From: an uncultured Christensenella sp.
Lineage (GTDB): Bacteria; Bacillota; Clostridia; Christensenellales; Borkfalkiaceae
Reading direction: 5' to 3'
NCBI GenBank assembly: GCA_964435195.1
Contig: CAYSYT010000003.1
Coordinates: 554-64,553 of the forward strand
DNA: 64,000 nucleotides
Shown here one piece after another: positions 20,623 through 30,471 of the stretch. Both the position numbers and the translations under genes were made by a program. Within the stretch, counting starts at the first letter, position 1. Every line of letters begins with the position of its first letter. The notes beneath the pieces are model-generated. The model was not told the origin of the DNA. It did not search any database and saw nothing but the letters and a program-made list of their open reading frames with translations.

Positions 20623-21593
20623 TCCGTTAAATGCTGACTTACCGCGTATCTTATTTTATCTACCGCTTCTTCATATTCACAACAAAGCCTGCACCCGCTT
20701 GCGCGAATATGCCCTCCGCCGCCGAATAATTCGGCAACGGCGTTTACGTCAATCGTTTTGGAGCGGAAACTTATCTTGAACTTGTTTTTTTCCGCCTCCA
20801 TTAAACAAACGCCTACCTCGACGGCGTCGATTCCCATTACGAAATCTATAAAACCTTCCGTTTCTTCTCTAAGCGTGCCCGTCCGTTCGAAATCTTCTTT
20901 TTTGACCGTTATAACCGCAAGCCTATCGTCGCAAAAATACCGTATTTTTGACATGACGTCGCCGAAAAGTTTCGCTCTGTTTTTCGACTGTCTGCTAAAA
21001 TTGTTATATACTATTACGTTTAACCTCGCGCCCTTTTCAACGAGAGCCGAGGCGTTGTTTAACGTTTCCGCCGTAACGTTGTCGTGCTTAAAATTCCCCG
21101 TATCCGTAACGATGCCCGTAAGCAACAATTGAGCGATATTTTCGGTAACGTTAACGCCCAAAACGTTTATAAGTTCAAAAATATTTTCCGCGTTAGACGC
21201 CCTGTCGATTACACAAACGTTTTTCGCAAAACGCGTGTTCGAAACGTGGTGGTCGATACAGTAGGTGTTTTTATGTTGCATAAACTCCGATTCGTAACGA
21301 CCGAGTCTGTTTCCCGTTGCAACGTCAACGGCGACGAAAGCGGAATAACCGTCGGTTAAATTTCCGTTAAACGATATTTCTCCGTTAAAATAATCGAATT
21401 TTTTAGGAACGACCCCGTCACAAAAAACGTCGGTTTTAATGTTCAACGATTTTAGCGCGAGTTTTAACGCAAACGCCGAACCGATTGCGTCGCCGTCCGG
21501 ATAAATATGGCAAAAAATCGCCACCGATTTTTCTTTTTTTAATTTTGCGGCAAAATCTTTTACGGTTGCCATACTATTTTTCACCTTTTTCAA
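20619..21593 (-). CDS. nrnA: DHH/DHHA1 phosphoesterase (NrnA-type oligoribonuclease / pAp phosphatase)
   Basis: 324 aa; DGDAIGS, IDHHVSN and GGGGHIRASG motifs. Conserved position between rbfA and truB. Confidence 0.85.
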   Translation of the reverse strand: MKKVKNSMATVKDFAAKLKKEKSVAIFCHIYPDGDAIGSAFALKLALKSLNIKTDVFCDGVVPKKFDYFNGEISFNGNLTDGYSAFVAVDVATGNRLGRYESEFMQHKNTYCIDHHVSNTRFAKNVCVIDRASNAENIFELINVLGVNVTENIAQLLLTGIVTDTGNFKHDNVTAETLNNASALVEKGARLNVIVYNNFSRQSKNRAKLFGDVMSKIRYFCDDRLAVITVKKEDFERTGTLREETEGFIDFVMGIDAVEVGVCLMEAEKNKFKISFRSKTIDVNAVAELFGGGGHIRASGCRLCCEYEEAVDKIRYAVSQHLTD

Positions 21594-21936
21594 TTTCGAG
21601 AAAAAGTTTATTCATTTTATCGCCGTATTCCATAGAATCGTCTAAAAAGAACTGTAATTCCGGCACCGTTCTCGTACGCACCGATTTAGAAAGTTCGTAC
21701 CGTATTTTTTTAGCGTCTCCTTTTATAGCGTCGAACGTGATTTTACGTTTTTCCGACGACCCCGAAAATACGCTTACGTAAACTTTTGCATACGATAAAT
21801 CTCTCGAAGTATCGACGTGAACGATGCTGAACATTTCGGTTATAAAAGGATTTTTAAGTTTTCTGCTTATAATTTCATAAATTTCTTTTCGAAATTCAGC
21901 GTTAAGTTTATCCGTTCTGTTTACTCTGCCGTTCAT
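21574..21936 (-). CDS. rbfA: ribosome-binding factor A
   Basis: 120 aa; RbfA family, located after infB. Confidence 0.92.
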   Translation of the reverse strand: MNGRVNRTDKLNAEFRKEIYEIISRKLKNPFITEMFSIVHVDTSRDLSYAKVYVSVFSGSSEKRKITFDAIKGDAKKIRYELSKSVRTRTVPELQFFLDDSMEYGDKMNKLFLEIEKGEK

Positions 21937-21958
21937 AAAATAAAACCCTGTGCCGTAA

Positions 21959-24598
21959 TCAATTTTTAGTTTCTTCTATCAAATAACATTCGATAAAGTC
22001 GCCGACTTTAATATCGTTAAATCTTTCGATGGAAATACCGCATTCATAGCTTTGCGCGACTTCTTTTACGTCGTCTTTAAAGCGTTTAAGTTGCAAAACG
22101 TTGCCTTCGGTAATCATAACGTCGTCGCGATAAATACGAAGTTTGCCGTTGCGTACGATTTTACCGTCCGTTACGTAACAACCTGCAACCTGACCGACGC
22201 CGGAAATCTTAAACACTTCGCGAACTTCGGCTTTGCCGAGATATACTTCGGTAAATTTAGGTGCAAGCATACCTTTAAGCGCGTTTTGAACGTCTTCGAT
22301 AGCTTCGTAAATAACTCTGTAAAGTTTAACGTCTACGCCGCTTTTTTCCGCAATCTGTTTTGCGTTGGAATCGGGGCGTACGTTAAAGCCTATAATAATA
22401 GCCTTTGAAGATTCCGCAAGCATAATATCCGATTCTTTAATCGCGCCTGCCGCCGCGTGAATAACGCTAACTTTGACTTCTTCGTTAGAGAGTTTTTCCA
22501 ACGACTGTTTAACCGCTTCTACCGAACCCTGAACGTCCGCTTTAACGATAATATTAAGCGTTTTCATATCGCCTTCGGCAATCTTATTGAATACGTCGTC
22601 AAGCGTAACCATTTGCGACGCTTTAAGCATATTTTCTCTTTCTCTGTTCTTTCTTTCTTCCGCAACGAGTTTGGTCAACTTTTCGTGTTCTACCGCGTAA
22701 AGAATATCGCCCGCGTTAGGAACTTCGTCAAGGCCCATAATCGATACCGGCGTAGAAGGTCCTGCGGAGGTAACCTTTCTGCCCTTATCGTCGTTCATTG
22801 CTCTTATTTTACCCGTTACCGTTCCGACGACGACGCTGTCCGAAACTTTCAACGTGCCGTTTTGAACGAGAATAGTTGCGACGGGTCCTTTACCTTGGTC
22901 GAGTTTTGCTTCGATGACGACGCCCTTCGCCTTTCTGTTCGGGTTTGCTTTCAAATCTTTTATTTCTGCGAGAAGATTTACGTTTTCCAAAAGATTTTCC
23001 ATACCATCTCCGGTTTTCGCCGAAACGGGACAAACGATAACGTCTCCGCCCCATTCTTCGGGAAGCAATCCGTGTTCGGTAAGTTGCGTTTTAATTCTTT
23101 CGGTATTCGCTTCAGGTTTATCTATTTTATTCATTGCGACGATAATGGGAACGTCTGCCGCTTTCGCGTGGTTTATCGCTTCTACCGTTTGAGGCATTAT
23201 TCCGTCGTCGGCAGCGACGACCAAAATCGCTATATCCGTCGCCTGCGCGCCTCTCGCTCGCATAGCCGTAAACGCTGCGTGTCCGGGCGTATCGAGGAAG
23301 GTTATAACCTTTCCGCCGACGGAAACCTGATAAGCGCCTATATGTTGAGTAATACCGCCCGCCTCACCCGCGGTAACGTTGGTTTTTCTGATTCTGTCAA
23401 GTAACGAAGTTTTACCGTGGTCAACGTGTCCCATAACGGTAACTACGGGCGGACGACGAACGAGATTTGCTTGGTCGTCGACTTCGTTATCGAAACCTTC
23501 GCTCAAAACGTCTTCTGCGGTCTTATCGAGTTTAAGCTCCAATTCTACGCCTATATCCGCTGCGATAAACGCCGCCGTATCGAAATCGATGGAATCGTTA
23601 ATAGTTTTCATTATGCCTTCTTTAAAAAGGCGTTTGGTTATTTCCGCCGCGGTTATACCGATTTTTTCGGACAAAACTTTAAGCGGAATCATTTCGGTAG
23701 TCATTACCGCTTTTTCGATTTTAATAGCGGTATTTTCGGCTTTCTTTTCCTTTTTAACCGGACGGAATTTACGGTAACCGGTTTTATTTTCGTCGAAATC
23801 GTCTATATCGACTTGATTTTTAATAAGCGACCGTTTATTTACCGTGCGTTTTTCGTCGTAAGATTTTTCGTTCGTCTGTTTCTTTTTACCGAAACTTCTC
23901 TTATCGGCGGTAGGAACGATAGGCGGAGCAACGTACGTTTCGCGCGGTTTTTTCGCGCCGCCCGAAGAACCGTTGCCGCTACCCTTGTTAAACTGCGGTT
24001 TATCGGTACGGGTCTTGTTAAACCCGTTCTTATCTCTATTATAACCCTCTTTGTTGTAGCCCTCTTTCGCGCCCGTTCTCTGCGGACGGTCGTGAGATAT
24101 AGGTCCTTCCCTGCGAACTATAAACGAAGGTCTCGGCGCTTCTTTAACGACGTATTCTTTTCTTTCGGGCTCGACGGGTTTAACAGAAGGCTGCTGCGTT
24201 TCCGTCTTTTCGGATTTAACGGGTTCGTCAACCTTTTCGGAATTATTTTTTTCCTTCGGCTCTTCCGTTTTCGGAACGCCGTCTACCGACCGGCTCGACG
24301 TATCTTCCGCAACATTTACCACGGTTTTTTCTTCTACATCGGGAATTTTTTCGATTTTTTCCTCAACGGGTTCGGGCACGGGTGCGAAATCGGGTTCTGC
24401 AACCGGTACTGTTTTTATTTCAGAATCTTCTTTCTTTTCGTTAAAAAGCCTCGATTTTTCTTCAAGACGGTTTTTTACCGATTTAATACCCGAAACGTAT
24501 TCGTTTGCAGATTCTTTCAAACCTTCCAACTTGCCGCTTTCATAGAGGTCTCTTATTTTTTTCAAACTTTCGTTACGAATTTCTTTTTTATCAGCCAT
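21959..24598 (-). CDS. infB: translation initiation factor IF-2
   Basis: G-domain motifs [17 protein letters not shown] and NKID, with a low-complexity N-terminal region. The start is set at MADKK (ATG 24598) after a GGAG RBS. Confidence 0.96.
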   Translation of the reverse strand: MADKKEIRNESLKKIRDLYESGKLEGLKESANEYVSGIKSVKNRLEEKSRLFNEKKEDSEIKTVPVAEPDFAPVPEPVEEKIEKIPDVEEKTVVNVAEDTSSRSVDGVPKTEEPKEKNNSEKVDEPVKSEKTETQQPSVKPVEPERKEYVVKEAPRPSFIVRREGPISHDRPQRTGAKEGYNKEGYNRDKNGFNKTRTDKPQFNKGSGNGSSGGAKKPRETYVAPPIVPTADKRSFGKKKQTNEKSYDEKRTVNKRSLIKNQVDIDDFDENKTGYRKFRPVKKEKKAENTAIKIEKAVMTTEMIPLKVLSEKIGITAAEITKRLFKEGIMKTINDSIDFDTAAFIAADIGVELELKLDKTAEDVLSEGFDNEVDDQANLVRRPPVVTVMGHVDHGKTSLLDRIRKTNVTAGEAGGITQHIGAYQVSVGGKVITFLDTPGHAAFTAMRARGAQATDIAILVVAADDGIMPQTVEAINHAKAADVPIIVAMNKIDKPEANTERIKTQLTEHGLLPEEWGGDVIVCPVSAKTGDGMENLLENVNLLAEIKDLKANPNRKAKGVVIEAKLDQGKGPVATILVQNGTLKVSDSVVVGTVTGKIRAMNDDKGRKVTSAGPSTPVSIMGLDEVPNAGDILYAVEHEKLTKLVAEERKNRERENMLKASQMVTLDDVFNKIAEGDMKTLNIIVKADVQGSVEAVKQSLEKLSNEEVKVSVIHAAAGAIKESDIMLAESSKAIIIGFNVRPDSNAKQIAEKSGVDVKLYRVIYEAIEDVQNALKGMLAPKFTEVYLGKAEVREVFKISGVGQVAGCYVTDGKIVRNGKLRIYRDDVMITEGNVLQLKRFKDDVKEVAQSYECGISIERFNDIKVGDFIECYLIEETKN

Positions 24599-24608
24599 TA
24601 AATTTCTC

Positions 24609-24923
24609 CTATCCTCTCTCGATAAAATCATTTTCCGCATTGTCGACTATTGCCGACGCAAGCCCTTTATCGGATATAGCCATAACTTTTGAATTCTCTC
24701 TGTGAGTAAATTCTTCTAATTTTCTGCCGTTGCTTTGCAATAGCGTGCAACCGAAACGTTTTGCTAATTTTTCGGCGTCTTTAAAAGTGTTTTCGCTTGC
24801 CGTTTCGCAAACGAGCACCAAATACGCTTTTTTAAGCGTAGCCACCGCGTTTAAGCCTATTTTATACTTTCCCGTACGCATTGCGAACCCTACGAAGGTT
24901 TCGGCTTTAGTTCTCTTTTCCAA
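24609..24923 (-). CDS. ylxQ: L7Ae-family RNA-binding protein YlxQ
   Basis: 104 aa; L7Ae/L30e-like, in the conserved nusA-infB position. Confidence 0.8.
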   Translation of the reverse strand: MEKRTKAETFVGFAMRTGKYKIGLNAVATLKKAYLVLVCETASENTFKDAEKLAKRFGCTLLQSNGRKLEEFTHRENSKVMAISDKGLASAIVDNAENDFIERG

Positions 24924-25173
24924 GGAAATCCGCCTCCAACGCCTCGTAAACGGCGTCGGGAACGTTACACTCGAAAGCGCGGTTTAACAATTTTTGTTTT
25001 TTTAATTTTGTCAAACACTCTTTATCCGTGCAGATATACGCGCCGCGTCCGTTTTGCTTACCCGTTACGTCGAGTTTAATTTCGTCTCCGAATTTTACTA
25101 TTCGCATCAGCTCGCGTTTGGGTTTAGAAGTTCTACACGCTATGCACGTACGCATAGGTACTTTTTTTTCCAT
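24907..25173 (-). CDS. ylxR: YlxR (DUF448) family RNA-binding protein
   Basis: 88 aa; PMRTCIACR motif. Located immediately after nusA. Confidence 0.85.
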   Translation of the reverse strand: MEKKVPMRTCIACRTSKPKRELMRIVKFGDEIKLDVTGKQNGRGAYICTDKECLTKLKKQKLLNRAFECNVPDAVYEALEADFLGKEN

Positions 25174-25193
25174 AATTCTCCTACCGAATAAAA

Positions 25194-26279
25194 TTATTCT
25201 TCGCTCGGCAATTCGTCCGAAATCACGCCTTCCTCATTCAAAGCGGCGCTTTCGCTTTTAACGTCTATCTTCCAACCGGTAAGACGTACTGCGAGCCTTG
25301 CGTTTTGACCGCTCCTTCCGATAGCAAGCGAAAGTTTATCGTCGGGAACGATAACCCTTGCGTTGTTTTCGCCTTCCAATTGAATAACTTTAATTACGCG
25401 TGCGGGCGAAAGCGCTTTCGCGATAAATTCAAGCGGGTCTTCGCTCCACGGAATTATATCTATCTTTTCTCCGCCGAGTTCGGCGACGATTGCGTTAACG
25501 CGCGCGCCCTTGTTACCTACGCATGCACCGAGAGCGTCGACCGCGGGGTCTTCGCTGTAAATAGCGATTTTCGTTCTCTGCCCGGGTTCTCTCGCAATGC
25601 CTTTAATAACGACTACACCCTGTCTGATTTCGGGTACTTCGTTTTCGAAAAGACGTTTAACCAAACCGTTTGCCGTTCTCGAAACGACTATTTGAGCGGC
25701 TTTGCCGGTATTCTTTACTCTCTTAACGTAAACGTTAAGTTTTTGATTAAGTTCGTATTTTTCACCGGGGACTTGGTCGTTGGGAAGCAACACGCCTTCT
25801 ATTTGATTTCCGCCGATTTCGACGTAAACGTTTCCGTCTTCTATGCGGCGTATGGTACAAGTCATAAGTTCGCCTTCTTTGTCTTCGAACTCGTTAACGG
25901 TGTTTTCGCGTTCTATTTCGCGAAGTTTTTGCATAACGACCTGTTTAGCCGTTTGCGCCGCTATTCTGCCGAAATCCTTGGTCGAAATTTCGTTTGCTAT
26001 AACGTCGCCGGCCTTGTATTTTTTACCGTTAACGCAAGCGTCTTCCACCGAAATTTCCTTATCGGGGTCGACGACCTCGTCAACGACGTTTTTCACACTG
26101 AAAATTCTGATACCTTTTTTTTCGGGCGAAAGCCTTACTTCTATACCGCTAACGTCTCCCGTGTGCTTTTTATACGCAATTGCAAGCGCGTCTTCCAAAG
26201 CGGAAATAAATTCCTCGCGGGAAATACCTTTTTCTCTTTCCAAAGCGTCAAGTGCCAAAAAGAAATCTTGATTTTGCAT
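25194..26279 (-). CDS. nusA: transcription termination/antitermination factor NusA
   Basis: 361 aa; N-terminal domain, S1 domain and two KH domains (GACVGNKGARV, AIGRSGQNARLA). Confidence 0.96.
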   Translation of the reverse strand: MQNQDFFLALDALEREKGISREEFISALEDALAIAYKKHTGDVSGIEVRLSPEKKGIRIFSVKNVVDEVVDPDKEISVEDACVNGKKYKAGDVIANEISTKDFGRIAAQTAKQVVMQKLREIERENTVNEFEDKEGELMTCTIRRIEDGNVYVEIGGNQIEGVLLPNDQVPGEKYELNQKLNVYVKRVKNTGKAAQIVVSRTANGLVKRLFENEVPEIRQGVVVIKGIAREPGQRTKIAIYSEDPAVDALGACVGNKGARVNAIVAELGGEKIDIIPWSEDPLEFIAKALSPARVIKVIQLEGENNARVIVPDDKLSLAIGRSGQNARLAVRLTGWKIDVKSESAALNEEGVISDELPSEE

Positions 26280-26337
26280 TATTTTTCTCCTCGTTAAACA
26301 AACGTTTTTATTTAATACGTTTTTAATTACATCCTAT

Positions 26338-26802
26338 TTATTCGAAGTCTATATACTCGTTCATTTTCACCACGTTTTTAAGTTCTATGGTAAAAGTGGT
26401 TTTGTCGTCGACCTTCAAAGTCACCGTTTTGCCGTCGTAAGCGGTTAAAATACCGTCGTAAAACTTTTTGCCCCTTACGGAAGAATAAAGTTTAACTTCT
26501 ACCCTTTCCCCTATATGCGACAAAAAATCTTTTTCCGTCTTGAAAGGACGGTCTATACCCAAACTCGAAACGTTAAGCGTATACGGTTGACCGAAAGTCG
26601 GGTCAAACTCGTCAAGCGGGTCGCTTATCGCGTTATGCAGCAAAGTGCAAGTATCCAAATCAACGCCGCCGTCTTTGTCTATAAAAATCGTAAGCGCGGG
26701 ATTTTTACCTTGCTTAAATTCCACTTCCGCCACCGTTATACCCAAATTATTCGCTATCGCGGAAACGAATTCGGTTATTTCTTCGTTAGATTTTACCTTC
26801 AT
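26338..26802 (-). CDS. rimP: ribosome maturation factor RimP
   Basis: 154 aa; RimP family, first gene of the nusA-infB operon. Confidence 0.92.
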   Translation of the reverse strand: MKVKSNEEITEFVSAIANNLGITVAEVEFKQGKNPALTIFIDKDGGVDLDTCTLLHNAISDPLDEFDPTFGQPYTLNVSSLGIDRPFKTEKDFLSHIGERVEVKLYSSVRGKKFYDGILTAYDGKTVTLKVDDKTTFTIELKNVVKMNEYIDFE

Positions 26803-26823
26803 AGTCCTTCCTCATAAAAAGAT

Positions 26824-26847
26824 ATGAGAACGGAAAACCGTTCTCAT
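26824..26847 (-). terminator. leader hairpin plus U-run upstream of rimP (candidate attenuator)
   Basis: Perfect 10-bp stem atgagaacgg/ccgttctcat with a 4-nt loop, followed on the minus strand by AUCUUUUUAU. It lies between the predicted promoter and the rimP RBS. Confidence 0.45.
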
Positions 26848-26876
26848 AAGTCAAGTGCATCGTAGTAACTATTATT

Positions 26877-26905
26877 ATATTAACATATTTAAGAGGCAAA
26901 AGCAA
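26877..26905 (-). promoter_or_regulatory. candidate promoter of the rimP-nusA-infB operon
   Basis: The minus strand reads TTGCTT, a 17-nt spacer, then TAATAT. Confidence 0.45.
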
Positions 26906-26931
26906 GCGTTTTTAAAAAATATCCGAGGATT

Positions 26932-28461
26932 TCAGCCTTTTTTATTTTTTAAAATCATCAATTCTATAAACGCCTCCGCCGTTGCGTATGCGTCCGATAA
27001 CGCGCGATGATGATGAAAGGCTATGCCGAAGTGCTCCGCCACGGTATGTAAATCGTGCTTTTTCAAAAACGGCAAGTTGGCTCTTGCAAGTTCAACGGTA
27101 TCGATTATTTTGTTTTTCAACTCATATTCTTCCGCTCCTGCGAATCGTTTTATAAACTTGGTATCGAACTCGGCGTTATGCGCGACGATAATCGTACCTT
27201 CGATAAACTTCATAAAATCGGGAATAACGGAACTTATTTTAGGCGCGTCTTTTACCAACTCTTCGGTTATGCCCGTTAACTTTACGATTTCGTCCGTTAT
27301 AGGGTAATCCGGTTTTACGAGAGTGGTAAACTGTTCGGCTATTTTACCGTTTTTAATTTTCACCGCGCCTATTTCCGTTATGCCGTTATTCATAACGTCG
27401 AGTCCCGTAGTTTCCAAATCGAACACTACGTAATCGCAAGCGGTCAATTCTTCCGGCAATTCACTCTGCTCGTCGAAAACGCTCGCTATCTTAACCGTCG
27501 ATGCGGGCGAAGGAAATATCAGTCTGTATTCTTTCGGAGCGGTCTTTTTGAATTTGTCTTTCTTTACGAAGTCGTCGGGAAAAGTACAACGGTTTATCTT
27601 GCTAAACGTAAACGACCGTTTGCCGTTGTATTCGCCTATATTCCCGCGCGCGATAATCGCATCGCCGACCTGTAACTCTTTTATTTTTTGATAGGTATTC
27701 TTTTTTGAAAAATAAACTCCGCTCGTTCTTGCAGTGGTATCGTCCAAATGAATTATAAAAAAAGGTTTGCCGTTTTTGGTTTCTCTCTCGGCTATATCGG
27801 TTATCTTGCCGCAAACGACGACGTCGCCCGAAACGGCGTCCTCTAAATAAAGCGCCGTATCGCCTATGGAATAATCGTCTATAATCAAAGGGTTCTTAAC
27901 CTTTATCGTACGGTGTTCGATTTTTTGAAGTTCGCCTTCGTAAACGTCGTCGGATAAAAGGCTAACCGTTTCTTCCGCTTCTTTTATTTCCGTGCTTCCC
28001 GCAAAGTCCGAACAAAAAGTTCTCGCAAGAAAATCGTTCAACTTTGCCATAACGCCGTTTCTGTTCACGTATTCCACGCCGTCCGCCGTAAGACGCAACA
28101 CGTATTTAACAATATTTCCGTAAACGGAAGATATAACGTCGGTCGTTTTTAAAAAAATCGAAATAGACGGGTAATTTTTGTTTAAGTAATTATAAATTTC
28201 GTTATTTATCAACTGGTCGTTAGTAACTATTTTAACGACGGAAATTTCCACGCATCTGAAAACTGGCGCGGTTATTTTTTCGGCCTCGGCGAGAATTTTC
28301 GATTTCAAATCCTCGTTTACCGTTGCGTCGCATATAAAATTGTATTTCAACGACTTCGATTCACGGAATACTTCTACCGACGAAAGCCTTATGTTTTTAA
28401 GTCTGTCGTCGAGTCGTCGTACGTCGTTTATAAATTCTTCCGCCGTTTTTACCGTATACAT
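26932..28461 (-). CDS. PolC-like N-terminal/OB-fold/3'-5' exonuclease protein lacking the PHP and polymerase domains
   Basis: 509 aa. The C-terminal DEDDh exonuclease carries the motifs FDLETTGL, AHNAEFD and HRALSDA. It is preceded by a PolC-type OB fold (VVVCGKITDIAERETKNGKPFF...) and a PolC-like N-domain. The gene occupies the polC position upstream of rimP. Confidence 0.75.
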   Translation of the reverse strand: MYTVKTAEEFINDVRRLDDRLKNIRLSSVEVFRESKSLKYNFICDATVNEDLKSKILAEAEKITAPVFRCVEISVVKIVTNDQLINNEIYNYLNKNYPSISIFLKTTDVISSVYGNIVKYVLRLTADGVEYVNRNGVMAKLNDFLARTFCSDFAGSTEIKEAEETVSLLSDDVYEGELQKIEHRTIKVKNPLIIDDYSIGDTALYLEDAVSGDVVVCGKITDIAERETKNGKPFFIIHLDDTTARTSGVYFSKKNTYQKIKELQVGDAIIARGNIGEYNGKRSFTFSKINRCTFPDDFVKKDKFKKTAPKEYRLIFPSPASTVKIASVFDEQSELPEELTACDYVVFDLETTGLDVMNNGITEIGAVKIKNGKIAEQFTTLVKPDYPITDEIVKLTGITEELVKDAPKISSVIPDFMKFIEGTIIVAHNAEFDTKFIKRFAGAEEYELKNKIIDTVELARANLPFLKKHDLHTVAEHFGIAFHHHRALSDAYATAEAFIELMILKNKKG

Positions 28462-29489
28462 TGGTCAATCTCCTTGAAAAATTCCCGTTCAACGTCTTCT
28501 TTTTTAACCTTTCTTACGATTTTGCCTTTAACGAATATCGCGCAGCAATCTTTACCGCCCGCGATTCCCAAATCTGCGTCCGCCGCCTCGCCCGGACCGT
28601 TAACCACGCATCCCATAACCGCTATCTTAATCGGTTTTTTAACTCCCGAAAGATACCGTTCGACTTTTGACGCAAATTCCATACAGTTCCATTCACACCT
28701 GCCGCAAGTCGGACAGGCTATAATTTCCGCGCCTTCTTTTTTCAAACCGAGCGCGGAAAGAATGGCTTTACCCGCAACTATTTCCCTGACGGGCGGCGCG
28801 GAAAGACTTACACGCAGAGTATCGCCTATACCTTTGAGCAAAAGCGAACCTATACCTATACTGTTTTTCACGATACCGTTGTATTCCGTACCCGCTTCGG
28901 TAACCCCCAAATGTAGAGGATAATCGGTTTTTGCCGCTATGTATTCGTAGGCTTTTACGGTAAGCGGAACGGAAGAAGCTTTAACGGAAACGACGATGTT
29001 GTCTATGCCGTATTTTTCTAAAACGGCAACGCTTTTCAACGCGCTTTCGGCGAGAGAAATCTCGTTCTTTCCGTATTTTTCCAAAAATTCTTTTTCGACG
29101 CTTCCCGTATTAGAACCGACGCGAACGCATATTCCCGCTTCTTTAACCGCTTCCGCAACCCGTCTTATTTTATCTTCCGACCCGATGTTTCCGGGATTTA
29201 TTCTAACTTTATCCGCGCCGCCCTTTATAGACGCCAACGCAAGTTTATAGTCAAAATGAATATCTGCCACTATCGGCATTTTAGTATGTTTTTTTACCGT
29301 TGCGATAGAAAAAGCGTCTTCCTCGTCTAAAACCGAATATCTTAAAATATCGCAGCCCGCGTTTTCCAACTCTACCGCTTCTTTGACCGCTTCCGCCGTG
29401 TTTTTCAAACGGCAAGTAGACATAGACTGCAATTTAACGGATTCTCCGCCGCCGATAAAAATATTTCCTACTCTGACCCGTTTACTCAT
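28449..29489 (-). CDS. ispG: 4-hydroxy-3-methylbut-2-en-1-yl diphosphate synthase
   Basis: 346 aa; GcpE family with the C-terminal Fe-S cysteines CPTCGRC. Confidence 0.95.
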   Translation of the reverse strand: MSKRVRVGNIFIGGGESVKLQSMSTCRLKNTAEAVKEAVELENAGCDILRYSVLDEEDAFSIATVKKHTKMPIVADIHFDYKLALASIKGGADKVRINPGNIGSEDKIRRVAEAVKEAGICVRVGSNTGSVEKEFLEKYGKNEISLAESALKSVAVLEKYGIDNIVVSVKASSVPLTVKAYEYIAAKTDYPLHLGVTEAGTEYNGIVKNSIGIGSLLLKGIGDTLRVSLSAPPVREIVAGKAILSALGLKKEGAEIIACPTCGRCEWNCMEFASKVERYLSGVKKPIKIAVMGCVVNGPGEAADADLGIAGGKDCCAIFVKGKIVRKVKKEDVEREFFKEIDQCIR

Positions 29490-29514
29490 TCAACGCCACC
29501 GTTATTTTTTTAAT

Positions 29515-29543
29515 ATTTTACCACATATTTTTATTTTAGTAAA
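29515..29543 (-). promoter_or_regulatory. candidate promoter for ispG
   Basis: The minus strand reads TTTACT, a 17-nt spacer ending in TGg, then TAAAAT (extended -10). Confidence 0.4.
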
Positions 29544-29559
29544 GAATTTAATAAATTTT

Positions 29560-30459
29560 TTACCCGTTAAGCGCTCGCGTTTGATATAAATACACTATCT
29601 GCTGATAATAATCTTCGAGATAAAGCATCAATCTGTTTTCGTTAAGTATATCGTTATAAGCCGTTTTCGGCGACAAAGTATCGTAAAAACCGCAAACGCA
29701 ATCAAGCACGTCGTTATAATAACCGAGTTCCACCAATTCGTCTTTTGAAAGATTTTCGCTTCTGATACTTAAAAATTTCAATTCCAACGAAGCCTGCGCC
29801 TGTTTTACGGCGTTTCTGTATTTAAGTTCTTTTTCCTCTAAATTATTGTTGTATTTTATTATTTCGTTAGCACGGTCTTCGGCTTTTTCCTTCAATTCCA
29901 AATATTCAGATTGAATTTTCTGTTCTTTTATATCTTCGAAAATTTTTGCGGTTTCGTTTAACTTTTCCGTCAGTGCCGCTATTTCTTCCGTTAATACTTT
30001 TTTCTCCCGTCCGTAGTCAGCGTTAAGGTCGGCAATCTCTTTTGCGCGCGTTTTTTCTATCTCGGCTACTTTAACGAAATAAGCGTCGCTTTTTTCCTCC
30101 TGCCCGTTTACCGCGGCAACGTTAACCGAAACGATTGCGGCGCGGTATTTCTCTTCGACTTCGGAAACGGCAAGCTTTTCCGCGCTCTCCACGGCAATCA
30201 ATTTTGCTTGCAGTTCTTCGACGCTTTTTTTAATTTCGTCGGCATATTCGAGTTCGTTTTTTACGAGTTCGGCGTAAACGTTAAAACCCGCTCTTTCTTT
30301 CAATTCCGTTTCCGTCGGCATTTGTAATTCGAGCCGCGTCAAAGAAAGATTTTCCAAGGTTACGCCCTCGTAATACGTTCTTTTTATTCTGTAATACATA
30401 AAAATATCCGATAAAACGTCGAACATTTGCGTTTTAGTTACGGGGATGTCGAAATCCAT
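29560..30459 (-). CDS. hypothetical coiled-coil protein
   Basis: 299-aa ORF with a long E/K-rich heptad-like central region. It follows the 409-aa ORF after a 12-nt gap and an RBS. Confidence 0.6.
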   Translation of the reverse strand: MDFDIPVTKTQMFDVLSDIFMYYRIKRTYYEGVTLENLSLTRLELQMPTETELKERAGFNVYAELVKNELEYADEIKKSVEELQAKLIAVESAEKLAVSEVEEKYRAAIVSVNVAAVNGQEEKSDAYFVKVAEIEKTRAKEIADLNADYGREKKVLTEEIAALTEKLNETAKIFEDIKEQKIQSEYLELKEKAEDRANEIIKYNNNLEEKELKYRNAVKQAQASLELKFLSIRSENLSKDELVELGYYNDVLDCVCGFYDTLSPKTAYNDILNENRLMLYLEDYYQQIVYLYQTRALNG

Positions 30460-30471
30460 ATTTTCCTCCTT

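Noticed and set aside
534-26297. Many long ORFs in the track lie antisense to, or in alternative frames of, recognised genes. Examples: 534-974, 4325-4939, 9672-10196, 22457-23404, 23417-24601, 25305-26297.
   Set aside because: They lie entirely inside strongly supported genes on the opposite strand. They have low-complexity, R/F/L-rich translations typical of shadow ORFs, and I saw no RBS or recognisable family for them.
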